The notes under the pieces were generated by a model that was not told where the DNA came from, searched no databases, and saw only the letters and a list, made by a program, of their open reading frames with translations. This document shows, piece by piece, positions 27,723 to 37,086 of a DNA stretch of 63,827 nucleotides (positions within the stretch are counted from its first letter, which is position 1; the number at the start of each line of letters is the position of its first letter). Source of the DNA: an uncultured Oscillospiraceae bacterium (GTDB lineage Bacteria > Bacillota > Clostridia > Oscillospirales > Oscillospiraceae). The translations under genes were made by a program, and so were the position numbers. The stretch spans positions 1-63,827 of the forward strand of contig CAZXIW010000001.1 of the NCBI GenBank assembly GCA_964640905.1, given 5' to 3'.

Positions 27723-27937
27723 GTGAAAAAATTATCTGGCTTCTGGAAAAAGCCTCGCAGAGTTCGCGCCCACAGGCGCGAAAAAATCAAGTTTAAAATT
27801 TTCGGGGACATGTGCATCGGAAATTTTACTCTACAGCCCGCAAACGTGAATTTTGGCGGCAAAGCCGCCAAAACTTTGCGCTGTAGCGGGCTGCAAACTT
27901 TTGCCCGAAAAACCTGAAAGGATTTTCGGGCAGCTTC

Positions 27938-28231
27938 TTATTTTTTTCTTCCCAGCGCGCGGCTGAGCCAGACGCAGCCAAGGTCGAGCGCGGTAAAGAA
28001 CCCGTCTTTTTCGCTCTTTTTGATGATCCGATCCTTTGCGCGGACGTTGGGGTCAGTCAGCTGAAGCTCTACGCTCACGCGTGAGGCGATGTCGGTGTCC
28101 TTGACCTTTTTGGTCTCTAAAATTTGCAGCATGATAATGTGCGAGTCTGCCATCGAGCCATAATAAATCATATTGTCCTTGCGCATCAGGGGACGCCCCT
28201 TGTATTGCAGGACAGTCTTTTCCTCTGCCAT
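27938..28231 (-). CDS. Hypothetical protein, 97 aa
   Basis: GGGAGG RBS; LQYKGRPLMR...IYYG; terminator-like hairpin at about 27902-27932 downstream. Confidence 0.8.
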   Translation of the reverse strand: MAEEKTVLQYKGRPLMRKDNMIYYGSMADSHIIMLQILETKKVKDTDIASRVSVELQLTDPNVRAKDRIIKKSEKDGFFTALDLGCVWLSRALGRKK

Positions 28232-28436
28232 GAATAAACCTCCCTTTGAAAATATGCGGTTTGCAGCAAACGCGCGCAAACCGCCCGAAAAAATACCGCA
28301 ATATCGTTTCTTGGAAATAGTATATCAAATTTATTTGCAGAATGCAAATTTCTTTTGTAAATGGCTCTGTATAATTTTCGCGCATCGCCCCGCGCGGCGG
28401 GCTGAAAAGCGCTGAAAGCGCTTTGAGACAGTCAAA

Positions 28437-28465
28437 GCTCCCGCCGGGCTTTGCCCGGCGGGAGC
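28437..28465 (-). terminator. Terminator after ireB-like gene
   Basis: GCTCCCGCCGGGC-aaa-GCCCGGCGGGAGC followed by TTT. Confidence 0.75.
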
Positions 28466-28471
28466 AGTTGG

Positions 28472-28717
28472 TCAGTCGAACAGATAATGCCGAACGAGCT
28501 CCTGCAAAAGCTCATCGCGGTCTACCTTGCAGATGAGACTGCGCGCGCTTTTGTGGTTTGTGATATAAGTCGGGTCTTCAGAGAGCAGATAACCGACGAT
28601 CTGATTGATGGGGTTGTAACCTTTTTCATTCAGGGCGCTGTATACGGTTGTGAGCAGGGCTTTCATCTCCTGATCTGCTTCATCGGGAACTTCGAACTTG
28701 ATCGTATTGTCGTTCAT
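28472..28717 (-). CDS. IreB/ReoM family regulatory phosphoprotein (UPF0297)
   Basis: NDNTIKF N-terminus; [23 protein letters not shown] and DRDELL motifs. Confidence 0.93.
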   Translation of the reverse strand: MNDNTIKFEVPDEADQEMKALLTTVYSALNEKGYNPINQIVGYLLSEDPTYITNHKSARSLICKVDRDELLQELVRHYLFD

Positions 28718-28881
28718 AACGGTCAACCTCCTTCGTCGGTTTTGATGGTAGTATCATAATATATTTCAAACGCAATGTAAATATCCTGAACATTTCATTT
28801 ATGTTACAAGATTTAGCGTCGGGTGACATAACGCTGCACAAGATATATTATTGGAAACTCCATCGAACCGACAGCCGGACG

Positions 28882-31266
28882 TTAACGAAGCGTGACGTTC
28901 TTTTCCTCCTTCAAGGCGGCAAGCACCTTTTCCACAACACCGGTCGAGTCCTCGTCGGTCAGTGTGCGGTCGTCGGCGCGAAGCTCCAGCGAGAAGGCCA
29001 CACTCTTCTTGCCCTCAAGGATGCCGGGGCCGCGGTAGATATCGAAGAGGTTGATCTTGCGAAGCAGCTTACCGGCCGCGCGCGTGATGCAGGCCTCCAG
29101 CTCACCGACCGTGAGCGCCTCGTCGCAGACAAGCGCAAGGTCGCGCGTGACGGCGGGGAAGCGGGGCAGGCTGTGGAATACGCGCTCTTCGGCGATAGAC
29201 GCTTCAAGGACACTGAAATCAAGGTCTGCCACGTAGACCTCGCCGCCGATGCCATAGCCCTCGCTGACCAGCGGATGCACCTGACCCAGCGTACCGGCAG
29301 GCTTGCCGTCGATCAGAATGTCCGCGCAGCGGCCGGGATGATAGCTCGGGTTTTCGCAGTTTGCAACGTATTCGGCGGGCTTGACATTCAAAAGCGCAAG
29401 CAGCGCGTCAACTGCGCCCTTCACGGTGAAGAAGGTCTCATTTTCGCCATATGTGCCGAAGATGAGGTGGCGCGGCTCATCGGGAAGCGCCTGCCCCTCG
29501 ACCGGGAGATAGACCTTGCCAAGCTCATAGAGCTTGACGCCCTTGTTCTTCATGGCGTAGTTGCGGGCGAGAATGTCCAGCATGCTCGGCAGGATGATCG
29601 TGCGCATGATGGAAGTATCCTCGCCAAGCGGGTTAATGAGCTTGACCGTCTTGCGGAGGGGAGAGTCCACCGGGATACGCACCGCGTCAAACGAGGCAGG
29701 GGAGACGAAGGAGTAGGTGATGATCTCGCTGTAGCCGAGGCTTCTTGCCGCAGCGCCCGCCTGATTTTCAAGCATTGCCGTCTGGGAATAGCCACCGCGC
29801 GTGGTCGTGCCGCACATGAGCGTGGTTTCGATGCGGTTGTAGCCGTAATACCGCGCGACCTCCTCGGCGATGTCTGCCATGCAGCGAAGGTCAGGCCGCC
29901 AGGAGGGGACGTGGATGGTTCTGCCCTCGACCAGAACTTCTTCGCGGCGCAGGTACTCTATCATGTCGGCCTCCGGAATTTCCGTGCCGAGCAGGGCGTT
30001 GATCTTTTCGGGCTCGAGCGGAAGCGTCACTTCTTCCGGCACATAATTGAGCACATCGATCATGCCGTCCATGACCTCGCCCGCGCCAAGAAGCTCAACG
30101 AGCTCACAGGCGCGGTTGACCGCCGGAACGGTCAGCATGGGGTCGATGTCCTTTTCAAATTTTGCGGACGCATCCGTGCGCATGCCAAGGGCAAGCGCGG
30201 TCTTGCGGATGGAGCTTCCAAGGAAGTTTGCCGACTCGAAGACCACGTCTACGGTATCCGCTACGATCTCGCTGTTTTCCCCGCCCATGATACCGGCCAG
30301 GCCGACAGGCTTCTTCTCATCGGCGATGACGAGCATATCGGGCTGAAGATTGCGGACATTTCCGTCGAGGGTCGTGAGCGTCTTGTCCTCGCCTGCGCGG
30401 CGGACAACGATCTTGCCGCCCGAAACGTAGCGGTAGTCAAACGCGTGCATCGGCTGGCCGTACTCGATCATGACATAGTTTGTGATGTCAACGATGTTGT
30501 TGATCGGGCGCACGCCTGCGGCGCGGAGTCTTCTTCTCATCCACTTGGGGCTGGGGGCGATCTTGACGTTGCGAACCATTCTCGCCGTGTAGCGCAGGCA
30601 AAGGTCGTCTGCCGGAACGTCGACGTCGAGAAGGTCAGTCAGATTGCCCGCTGCGCCGCCTTTAACGACCGGCTCATGGTGCTGCATGGGGACGTTGAAG
30701 GCCGCCGCTGTCTCGCGGGCCAGACCCAGAAGCGAGTAGCAGTCGGGGCGGTTGTTGGTGATCTCAAACTCGACGATCGCGTCATCATTGCCGATGACAA
30801 GGTTCATGTCCTGGCCGACCTCGCAGCCTTCGTCATTGAGAATCCAGATGCCGTCTTCATAGGCCTCCGGGCAATCGTTGGTGGTAAGACCAAGCTCTTT
30901 GAACGAGCACAGCATGCCGCGCGACTCTACGCCGCGAAGCTTGCCCTTCGTGATATGCACGCCGCCGGGAAGCCAGGAATTGTGCTTTGCAACGGGGACA
31001 AGATCACCGACGCTGACATTCTGCGCGCCGGTCACGATCTGAACCGGCTCGCCGTCGCCCTGGTCGATCATGCAGACCCACATATGGTCGGAGTTCTCGT
31101 GCTTCGTCATGGAGAGCACCTTGCCGACGACAACATTCTTGATCTCCTCGTCCATGCGCGTGGTCGTTTCGACCTTCTGCCCGGCGATGGTCATGATCTC
31201 GGCGTATTCTTTATCGGTTGCGGTGATATCAACAAACTCTTTGAGCCATTTTCTTGAAATATTCAT
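28882..31266 (-). CDS. pheT: Phenylalanyl-tRNA synthetase beta subunit
   Basis: ISRKWLKEF, KLRGVESRGMLCS, TNNRPDC, INNIVDITNYV and RFPAVTRDLA motifs. Confidence 0.97.
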   Translation of the reverse strand: MNISRKWLKEFVDITATDKEYAEIMTIAGQKVETTTRMDEEIKNVVVGKVLSMTKHENSDHMWVCMIDQGDGEPVQIVTGAQNVSVGDLVPVAKHNSWLPGGVHITKGKLRGVESRGMLCSFKELGLTTNDCPEAYEDGIWILNDEGCEVGQDMNLVIGNDDAIVEFEITNNRPDCYSLLGLARETAAAFNVPMQHHEPVVKGGAAGNLTDLLDVDVPADDLCLRYTARMVRNVKIAPSPKWMRRRLRAAGVRPINNIVDITNYVMIEYGQPMHAFDYRYVSGGKIVVRRAGEDKTLTTLDGNVRNLQPDMLVIADEKKPVGLAGIMGGENSEIVADTVDVVFESANFLGSSIRKTALALGMRTDASAKFEKDIDPMLTVPAVNRACELVELLGAGEVMDGMIDVLNYVPEEVTLPLEPEKINALLGTEIPEADMIEYLRREEVLVEGRTIHVPSWRPDLRCMADIAEEVARYYGYNRIETTLMCGTTTRGGYSQTAMLENQAGAAARSLGYSEIITYSFVSPASFDAVRIPVDSPLRKTVKLINPLGEDTSIMRTIILPSMLDILARNYAMKNKGVKLYELGKVYLPVEGQALPDEPRHLIFGTYGENETFFTVKGAVDALLALLNVKPAEYVANCENPSYHPGRCADILIDGKPAGTLGQVHPLVSEGYGIGGEVYVADLDFSVLEASIAEERVFHSLPRFPAVTRDLALVCDEALTVGELEACITRAAGKLLRKINLFDIYRGPGILEGKKSVAFSLELRADDRTLTDEDSTGVVEKVLAALKEEKNVTLR

Positions 31267-31282
31267 ATTTTTCCTCTCCTTC

Positions 31283-32311
31283 TTAGAACTGCGACAGGAA
31301 GCGGATGTCGTTTTCAAAGATCATGCGCATGTCGCTGATCTTGAACCGGCGCATCGCCATGCGCTCAAGGCCAATGCCAAAGGCAAAGCCGGAGTAGATT
31401 TCAGGGTCGATGCCGCAGTTTTCCAGCACCTTCGGATGCACCATACCTGCGCCGAGCAGCTCGATCCAGCCCTCGCCCTTACAGGTCGGGCAGCCCGCGC
31501 CCCTGCACTTGAAGCACTGCACGTCGACCTCACAGCTCGGCTCGGTGAACGGGAAGTGGTGCGGGCGGAAGCGGATGACGGAATCCTCGCCGTAGAGCGC
31601 CTTGATAAGCGTCTCAAGTGTGCCCTTGAGGTCTGCCATCGTAACGCCCTTATCGACAACCAGACCCTCGATCTGGTGGAACATCGGCGAGTGCGTTGCG
31701 TCGACCTCGTCCTTGCGGTACACGCGGCCGGGGGCGAGAATGCGGATGGGCGGCGTCCTGATCTCGTCCATCGCGCGAATCTGCATGGGGCTGGTCTGCG
31801 TGCGAAGAAGGACGCTCTCGTCTTCTGTGATATAGAAGGTATCGCTGCGGTCGCGGGAGGGGTGGTTCTCCGCGATATTCAGGCGCGTAAAGTTATAGTC
31901 GGCCAGCTCGACCTCGGGGCCATCGAGCACACGGAAGCCCATCGAGATGAAAAGCTCCTTCGCCTCGTCAAGCGCCTTGTTCATGGGATGCCGGTGGCCA
32001 AGCTCCACGGGCGCGCCGGGAATCGTCACATCGACGGCCTCTGCCGCAAGCCTTGCCGCAAGCGCCTTTGCCTTGAGCGCCGTTTTGACCTCTTCAAGCT
32101 TTTCCTCGATGGCCGCGCGGACATTGTTTGCCGCCTGACCCATGATGGGGCGCTCCTCGGCGGAGAGCTTGCCCATCGACTTCAAAACGCCCGTCAGCTC
32201 GCCCTTTTTCCCCAGAAAGCGGACGCGAAGCGCGTCCAGCTCATTTGCATCCGACGCATTGGAGAGCGCCTCGAGCGCCTCCTGCCGGATCTTTTCCAGT
32301 TGCTCTTTCAT
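31283..32311 (-). CDS. pheS: Phenylalanyl-tRNA synthetase alpha subunit
   Basis: LLRTQTSP, DATHSPMFHQIEG, FPFTEPS and GFAFGIGLER motifs. Confidence 0.97.
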   Translation of the reverse strand: MKEQLEKIRQEALEALSNASDANELDALRVRFLGKKGELTGVLKSMGKLSAEERPIMGQAANNVRAAIEEKLEEVKTALKAKALAARLAAEAVDVTIPGAPVELGHRHPMNKALDEAKELFISMGFRVLDGPEVELADYNFTRLNIAENHPSRDRSDTFYITEDESVLLRTQTSPMQIRAMDEIRTPPIRILAPGRVYRKDEVDATHSPMFHQIEGLVVDKGVTMADLKGTLETLIKALYGEDSVIRFRPHHFPFTEPSCEVDVQCFKCRGAGCPTCKGEGWIELLGAGMVHPKVLENCGIDPEIYSGFAFGIGLERMAMRRFKISDMRMIFENDIRFLSQF

Positions 32312-32359
32312 AAAACAAAAACTCCTTTTTGTAAATATACAAGATTGCCGCGCGGAGGC

Positions 32360-32596
32360 AAAAAAATGAGCCCTCCATCCACCAACATGGGGACGAAAGA
32401 CTTCTCTTCCGCGGTACCACCCGCAATTCGCCTGACAGCGCACTCACAGCCCTTAACGAAGCCACCCGGCCGACCCTACATTCTCTTTCAGGCCGACAGC
32501 TCACGGGCGAAGGCCCAAACGCCATGCAGCGGACGGCTTCCAGCGCCCCGCCCTCTCTGCTGCTGCATTGCTGGCATCAGACATCCCGGTCTCAGC
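32360..32596 (-). ncRNA. T-box riboswitch, Phe (UUC specifier)
   Basis: AGAGAG and GCTGGAA stem-I motifs; TTC specifier at 32509-32511; GGGTGGTACCGCGG at 32409-32422; U-tailed terminator; TTGCGA-17-TACAAT promoter upstream. Confidence 0.9.
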
Positions 32597-32733
32597 TTTT
32601 CAATATCCCCGCTATTGTAGCATAAGAGATTATTTTTCGCAACTTAAAAATTGACTATTTTTCCATTTTGCGGTATAATTGTTTCAGAAATAGGCGCTGT
32701 GCCGCTTTTTCAGAGAAATGGAGGCGTTTTATC

Positions 32734-33603
32734 ATGGGAAAACCGGTTTGGCTGGCAGAGGAAACCTCGCGTTCGCTTGTAAAATCGCTGCTTCCCGTGC
32801 GCCCGCGCCAGGCGCACAAGGGCGACTTTGGAAAGCTTCTGCTCCTGTGCGGGTCAAAGGGGCTGGCCGGGGCGGCCATTCTCGCCGCCCGGAGCGCGCA
32901 GAGGGCGGGCGCGGGGCTTGTGTATCTGGGTGTGCCGGAGGCGATCTATCAGGCTGTCGCGGGCGCATGCGCAAGCGTGGTCGTTTTTCCGCTGCCGTGC
33001 GACGCAGAGGGCAGGCTTTGCGCGCAGGCGCTCCCGGAAATTGAGGCGCGCCTTGCAGACATCGACGCTGTGCTCCTGGGCCCCGGCCTTGGCCGCTCGG
33101 AAGACATTCTTACAATTACCGCGCGGCTGCTTGCGCTTTGCCGTGTGCCGCTCGTTCTGGACGCAGACGGCATAAATGCCGTCGCGGGGCATATAGATCT
33201 ATTGCGCGGAAGCAGCTGCCCGGTGATCCTGACGCCGCACGACGGCGAATTTCAGCGCCTTGGCGCAAACCCCCGTGCAGATGACCGGGTGTCTGAGGCG
33301 ATGGCGTTTGCCAGAAAAAGCGGAACGGTTCTGCTGCTCAAGGGCTACCGCACGATCGTGACTGACGGGATAAACGTCTACCGCAATCCCACCGGAAACC
33401 CCGGCATGGCGACCGGCGGCAGCGGCGATGTGTTATCCGGTATTCTCGTCTCGCTGCTCGGCCAGCGGGTCATGCCGCTTGAGGCGGCGGCTGCGGCGGC
33501 ATGGATTCATGGCGCGGCGGGCGATTTTGCCGCGCGGGAGATCGGCGAATACGGCATGATTCCGGAGGACATCATCGGGCGCATTCCGCGACTTTTCAGA
33601 TAA
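32734..33603 (+). CDS. nnrD: NAD(P)H-hydrate dehydratase (dehydratase domain only)
   Basis: HKGDFG, GPGLG, VLDADG, TPHDGEF and MATGGSGDVLSG motifs. Confidence 0.93.
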   Translation: MGKPVWLAEETSRSLVKSLLPVRPRQAHKGDFGKLLLLCGSKGLAGAAILAARSAQRAGAGLVYLGVPEAIYQAVAGACASVVVFPLPCDAEGRLCAQALPEIEARLADIDAVLLGPGLGRSEDILTITARLLALCRVPLVLDADGINAVAGHIDLLRGSSCPVILTPHDGEFQRLGANPRADDRVSEAMAFARKSGTVLLLKGYRTIVTDGINVYRNPTGNPGMATGGSGDVLSGILVSLLGQRVMPLEAAAAAAWIHGAAGDFAAREIGEYGMIPEDIIGRIPRLFR

Positions 33604-33617
33604 ACGGGTGAGGAATT

Positions 33618-34253
33618 TTGCACCGAAACATCGCAGCGCTCACACTCGCGCTTGCGCTGCTGCTTGGCGGCTGCGCGGCGGGCAGGGAAGACGAGCCCTT
33701 GCAGCAGGCACTTGATTTCCGGCAGAAAATGCTTGCGGGCGAATGCGCGTTTACCGCAGAGCTGACGGCAGATTTTGACGATTACGTCTGCGCGTTTTCC
33801 GTCTCCTGCGTCCACACGCCGCAGGAGGGGACAGAGCTGACGATTCTCGCGCCGCAGTCGCTTGCAGCGCTTCGCGCACACACAGACGCCGACGGGGCGA
33901 GGCTGGTCTTTGCAGATACCGAGGCCGCCTTCGGCACACTGACCTCGCGCGCGCTTTCGCCCATGGCCGCGCCGGAGCTTCTGGCGCAGGCCTGGGAATC
34001 GGGCTACATCGCCTACGCGGGGCAGGAGGACGGGCAGCTTCACGTGAGCTTTCTTCTTGGCTATGGTGAGCAGGAGCTTGGCGTTGAGACCTGGTTTCAA
34101 AACGGCGCGCCGGTCTATGCGGAGCTGACCGACGCGGGGCGCACAGTCATTCAGGCAGAACTTGCAGATCTTATCATACGAAAGGCAGAGAGAGACAATG
34201 AAAACACTCAAGCGAACCTGGGCAAACATCTCGTTGGACAATCTGGAGCATAA
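33618..34253 (+). CDS. Lipoprotein, probable GerS/YdcC-like (LolA-type fold)
   Basis: Lipobox LLGGC; located immediately upstream of alr, like ydcC/gerS; TTG start. Confidence 0.65.
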   Translation: MHRNIAALTLALALLLGGCAAGREDEPLQQALDFRQKMLAGECAFTAELTADFDDYVCAFSVSCVHTPQEGTELTILAPQSLAALRAHTDADGARLVFADTEAAFGTLTSRALSPMAAPELLAQAWESGYIAYAGQEDGQLHVSFLLGYGEQELGVETWFQNGAPVYAELTDAGRTVIQAELADLIIRKAERDNENTQANLGKHLVGQSGA

Positions 34254-35376
34254 CTACCGTGTGCTGCGAAAAAATGTCGGCACAAAGGCGCGCTTCCTCG
34301 GCGTTGTCAAGGCCGATGCCTACGGCCACGGCGCGGTTCCTCTGAGCCGTGCGCTGGAGTCTCTGGGGGCAGAGTTTTTCGCCGTATCCAATCTGGAGGA
34401 GGCCGTTCAGCTGCGGCAGGGGGGCATCCACGCGCCCATTCTGGTGCTGGGCTTTACGCCGCCTTCTCACGCGGAGGATCTCGTGCAGCTGGACATCACG
34501 CAGGAGGTTCACACGCTGGCCTACGCCCGCGAGCTGGAGCAGGCGCTGCGCGGCACAGCATACCGTCTGCGCGTCCATCTCAAGCTCGACACCGGCATGA
34601 CGCGCCTCGGCTTTTTTGCCGACCAGGAGGAAAAGACCCTCTCTGAGCTGGTCGAGGTCTCACAGCTTGCGCATCTTCACATCACCGGCGCGTTCATGCA
34701 CTTTTGCGTCTCCGACTCCAGACTGCCGGAGGATATCGCCTATACCCGCATGCAGTATCAGCGCTTTTGCACCATGCTGGAGCTGATGAAGGCCAGGGGC
34801 ATTGAGCCGGAGATTCGCCACTGCTGCAACTCCGGCGCGTCGATTCTCTATCCGGAGTATGCGATGGATATGATCCGCCCCGGCATCGCGACCTATGGCC
34901 ACCACCCCTCGCCCGACACCGAGGGCGCAATCGACCTGCGGCCGCTGATGAGCCTTCACACGAGCATCGCGCAGATCCGCACCGTCGAGGCGGGCAAGCC
35001 CATCAGCTACGGCAGAACCTACTGCACCCCGGACGCGCGGCGCGTCGCCGTGCTCCCGATCGGCTACGCCGACGGGCTGAGTCGAAGCCTCTCCAACCGC
35101 GTCACCTTCCGCATCTGCGGCAAGGACGCGCCGGTGCTGGGCAGAGTCTGCATGGACATGTGCATGGTCGACGTTTCGGATATCCCGGAGGCCAGAGTCG
35201 GCACAACGGCCACGCTCTTTGGCTATGATGAAAACGGAGTCCTGCTTCCGTGTGAGCGCATCGCAGACATGCTCGGCACGATCAGCTACGAGGTGCTCTG
35301 CGGCATCAACAAGCGCATTCCGCGAATCTATTATGCCGGCGGCGAGCGGCGCGACATCCTGCAATACATCGTCTGA
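34198..35376 (+). CDS. alr: Alanine racemase
   Basis: VVKADAYGHG, HLKLDTGMTRLG, ISYG, GRVCMD and TISYEV motifs. Confidence 0.97.
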   Translation: MKTLKRTWANISLDNLEHNYRVLRKNVGTKARFLGVVKADAYGHGAVPLSRALESLGAEFFAVSNLEEAVQLRQGGIHAPILVLGFTPPSHAEDLVQLDITQEVHTLAYARELEQALRGTAYRLRVHLKLDTGMTRLGFFADQEEKTLSELVEVSQLAHLHITGAFMHFCVSDSRLPEDIAYTRMQYQRFCTMLELMKARGIEPEIRHCCNSGASILYPEYAMDMIRPGIATYGHHPSPDTEGAIDLRPLMSLHTSIAQIRTVEAGKPISYGRTYCTPDARRVAVLPIGYADGLSRSLSNRVTFRICGKDAPVLGRVCMDMCMVDVSDIPEARVGTTATLFGYDENGVLLPCERIADMLGTISYEVLCGINKRIPRIYYAGGERRDILQYIV

Positions 35377-35511
35377 GGCGGCGCTTTGACGCTTTGGCGG
35401 GCAGGCGCATAGAATGAATTGAGAGCTTCGCAGGCCGTATATTTTGCGCCTCTGCGTGGGAGAATAGGAGCATGTTGCAAAACCTTTATTTTTCCGCGGA
35501 GTGTGAAGCGA

Positions 35512-35865
35512 ATGGATACGAACGTAAAACGGGGCGATATTTTCTATGCAGACCTCAGCCCGGTCGTGGGCAGTGAGCAGGGCGGAACGCGCCCGGTTCT
35601 GATTGTGCAGAATGACACGGGAAACCGCCATTCCCCAACGGTCATCGCCGCTGCCATCACCAGCCAGACCGGCAAGGCGCGTCTTCCGACGCACATCAGC
35701 CTGTGTGGCCGCGAGGTCGGGCTGAGCAAGGACTCCATTGTCCTGCTTGAGCAGATCAGAACCATTGACAAGCGCCGCCTGCGTGAGCATATGGGGCACG
35801 CGGACGAGCGCGTGATGAACCAGGTCGACTCGGCCATCGCGGTCAGCTTCGGCCTGCAGGGATAG
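35512..35865 (+). CDS. mazF: MazF/EndoA (PemK family) endoribonuclease toxin
   Basis: KRGDIFYADLSPVVGSEQGGTRPVLIVQND and LEQIRTIDKRRL motifs. Confidence 0.95.
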   Translation: MDTNVKRGDIFYADLSPVVGSEQGGTRPVLIVQNDTGNRHSPTVIAAAITSQTGKARLPTHISLCGREVGLSKDSIVLLEQIRTIDKRRLREHMGHADERVMNQVDSAIAVSFGLQG

Positions 35866-35913
35866 GCCGCGCCGGAAAGCAGACGCTTTCAGGCACTGCT
35901 GCACACAACACAC

Positions 35914-35949
35914 AAAGCTCCGGCGCAGTTCAAAATGCGCCGGAGCTTT
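35914..35949. terminator. Bidirectional terminator
   Basis: AAAGCTCCGGCGCA...TGCGCCGGAGCTTT. Confidence 0.8.
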
Positions 35950-35969
35950 AAACTTGTCAGAAAACGCGT

Positions 35970-36941
35970 TCAGGAAATTTTCCGAACCGGGCGGACATAT
36001 TTCCAGTATCTTTCGCAATCGTGATAGAAATAGAAAATCCGGCCGGGGGTATCGTCGAGGCAGCAGCCGTTTGCAGCGTAGTCAAAGTCCTTCATGGCCT
36101 GCTCGATCTTCTGCTCCACGGCAGCGTTCTCCGTCTCAAAGTCAAACGGCCCGTGCTCAAAGACGATGTATTCGCCCTCCGGAATCTGCGTCAGCGTCAT
36201 CTGCGGCGGCACATAGCCGTCGTAGCCCAGCGGCAGGCGCACACCATAGCACTCGGCCAGTGGAATGCCCCAGCTGCAAATCCGCCCGGCGGGGTCATTG
36301 AGAAAGGCCATGAGCTGGCCGCTGCTGCTGTCGGCCTCGTCGCCGCCAAAGTCATCGAGCTTTCCCCGGATGCTCGATAAAAGGCCGCAGATGGTGTCGC
36401 AGTCCTGCCCTGGAATTTTGCTCTGCTTCTGCCAGAAGTCAAAATAGCCGATGCTCTCATAGTTTCGGATGTGTAAAAACTGGTGCGCCGGGATGGTCGT
36501 AAAATAAATTTTGACGGAATCGTCTGTCTGCTTCATTGCAAACCCTCCTGTTTCCAAAAGATAGCAGTCGAAGGGTCTGAGGATGGTACGAAGTGCAACG
36601 GGAACAGGATTCCTCCGGTATTCTCCGGGCGTCAGGCCGTAGGCCGATTTGAACGCGCGCGTAAAGGCTTCCTGCGAGGAAAAGCCAAGCTCCATCGCGA
36701 TATCTAAAATTTTGCGCCGTGTCTGGCGCAGCGGCTTTAACGAAAAGGCAAGCTTTCGCAGCCGCACATAGTCCCGAAAGCGCATCCCGGAGATGGCGCG
36801 GAACATCCGCGAAACGTAATACTCGCTGTAGCCAAGCTTTGCCGAAAGCGCGCGCAGGCAGAGCGCCTCGTCGCACCCGCTTCGGATGCAGCGGTCAATT
36901 TCATCGATGATCTGCTGGATTTTCCGGTGTGCCTTCTCCAT
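35970..36941 (-). CDS. AraC-family regulator with C-terminal GyrI-like effector domain
   Basis: LGYSEYYVSRMF and IAMELGFSSQEAFTRAFK HTHs; C-terminal IPEGEYIVFEH. Confidence 0.9.
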   Translation of the reverse strand: MEKAHRKIQQIIDEIDRCIRSGCDEALCLRALSAKLGYSEYYVSRMFRAISGMRFRDYVRLRKLAFSLKPLRQTRRKILDIAMELGFSSQEAFTRAFKSAYGLTPGEYRRNPVPVALRTILRPFDCYLLETGGFAMKQTDDSVKIYFTTIPAHQFLHIRNYESIGYFDFWQKQSKIPGQDCDTICGLLSSIRGKLDDFGGDEADSSSGQLMAFLNDPAGRICSWGIPLAECYGVRLPLGYDGYVPPQMTLTQIPEGEYIVFEHGPFDFETENAAVEQKIEQAMKDFDYAANGCCLDDTPGRIFYFYHDCERYWKYVRPVRKIS

Positions 36942-37086
36942 CTGTGTCCCTCCTGACTGGCTTTGCATCTATCCTAACAGAAAACGGCGGGCTTTTTTTG
37001 ATTTCACTTGCAAAGTTTTTCTGCCGCGCGCAAATGAAATGCAAATGCCCCGGTGCAGAGTTGCCTGCGCCGGGACAAAATGATGC

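Noticed and set aside
27399-27917. Overlapping ORFs of 96-172 aa in the spoVAD upstream gap
   Set aside because: Atypical composition, overlap with promoter and hairpins, and no recognisable family
28770-28812. WalR-like TGT(A/T)A repeats upstream of the ireB-like gene
   Set aside because: Second half-sites are poor; expected by chance in AT-rich DNA
28801-31257. 818-aa plus-strand ORF (also 31070-32620, 7724-10378, 69-1205, 1497-2675, 34660-36018 and similar)
   Set aside because: Antisense shadows of well-supported genes caused by GC-rich codon usage; no recognisable motifs
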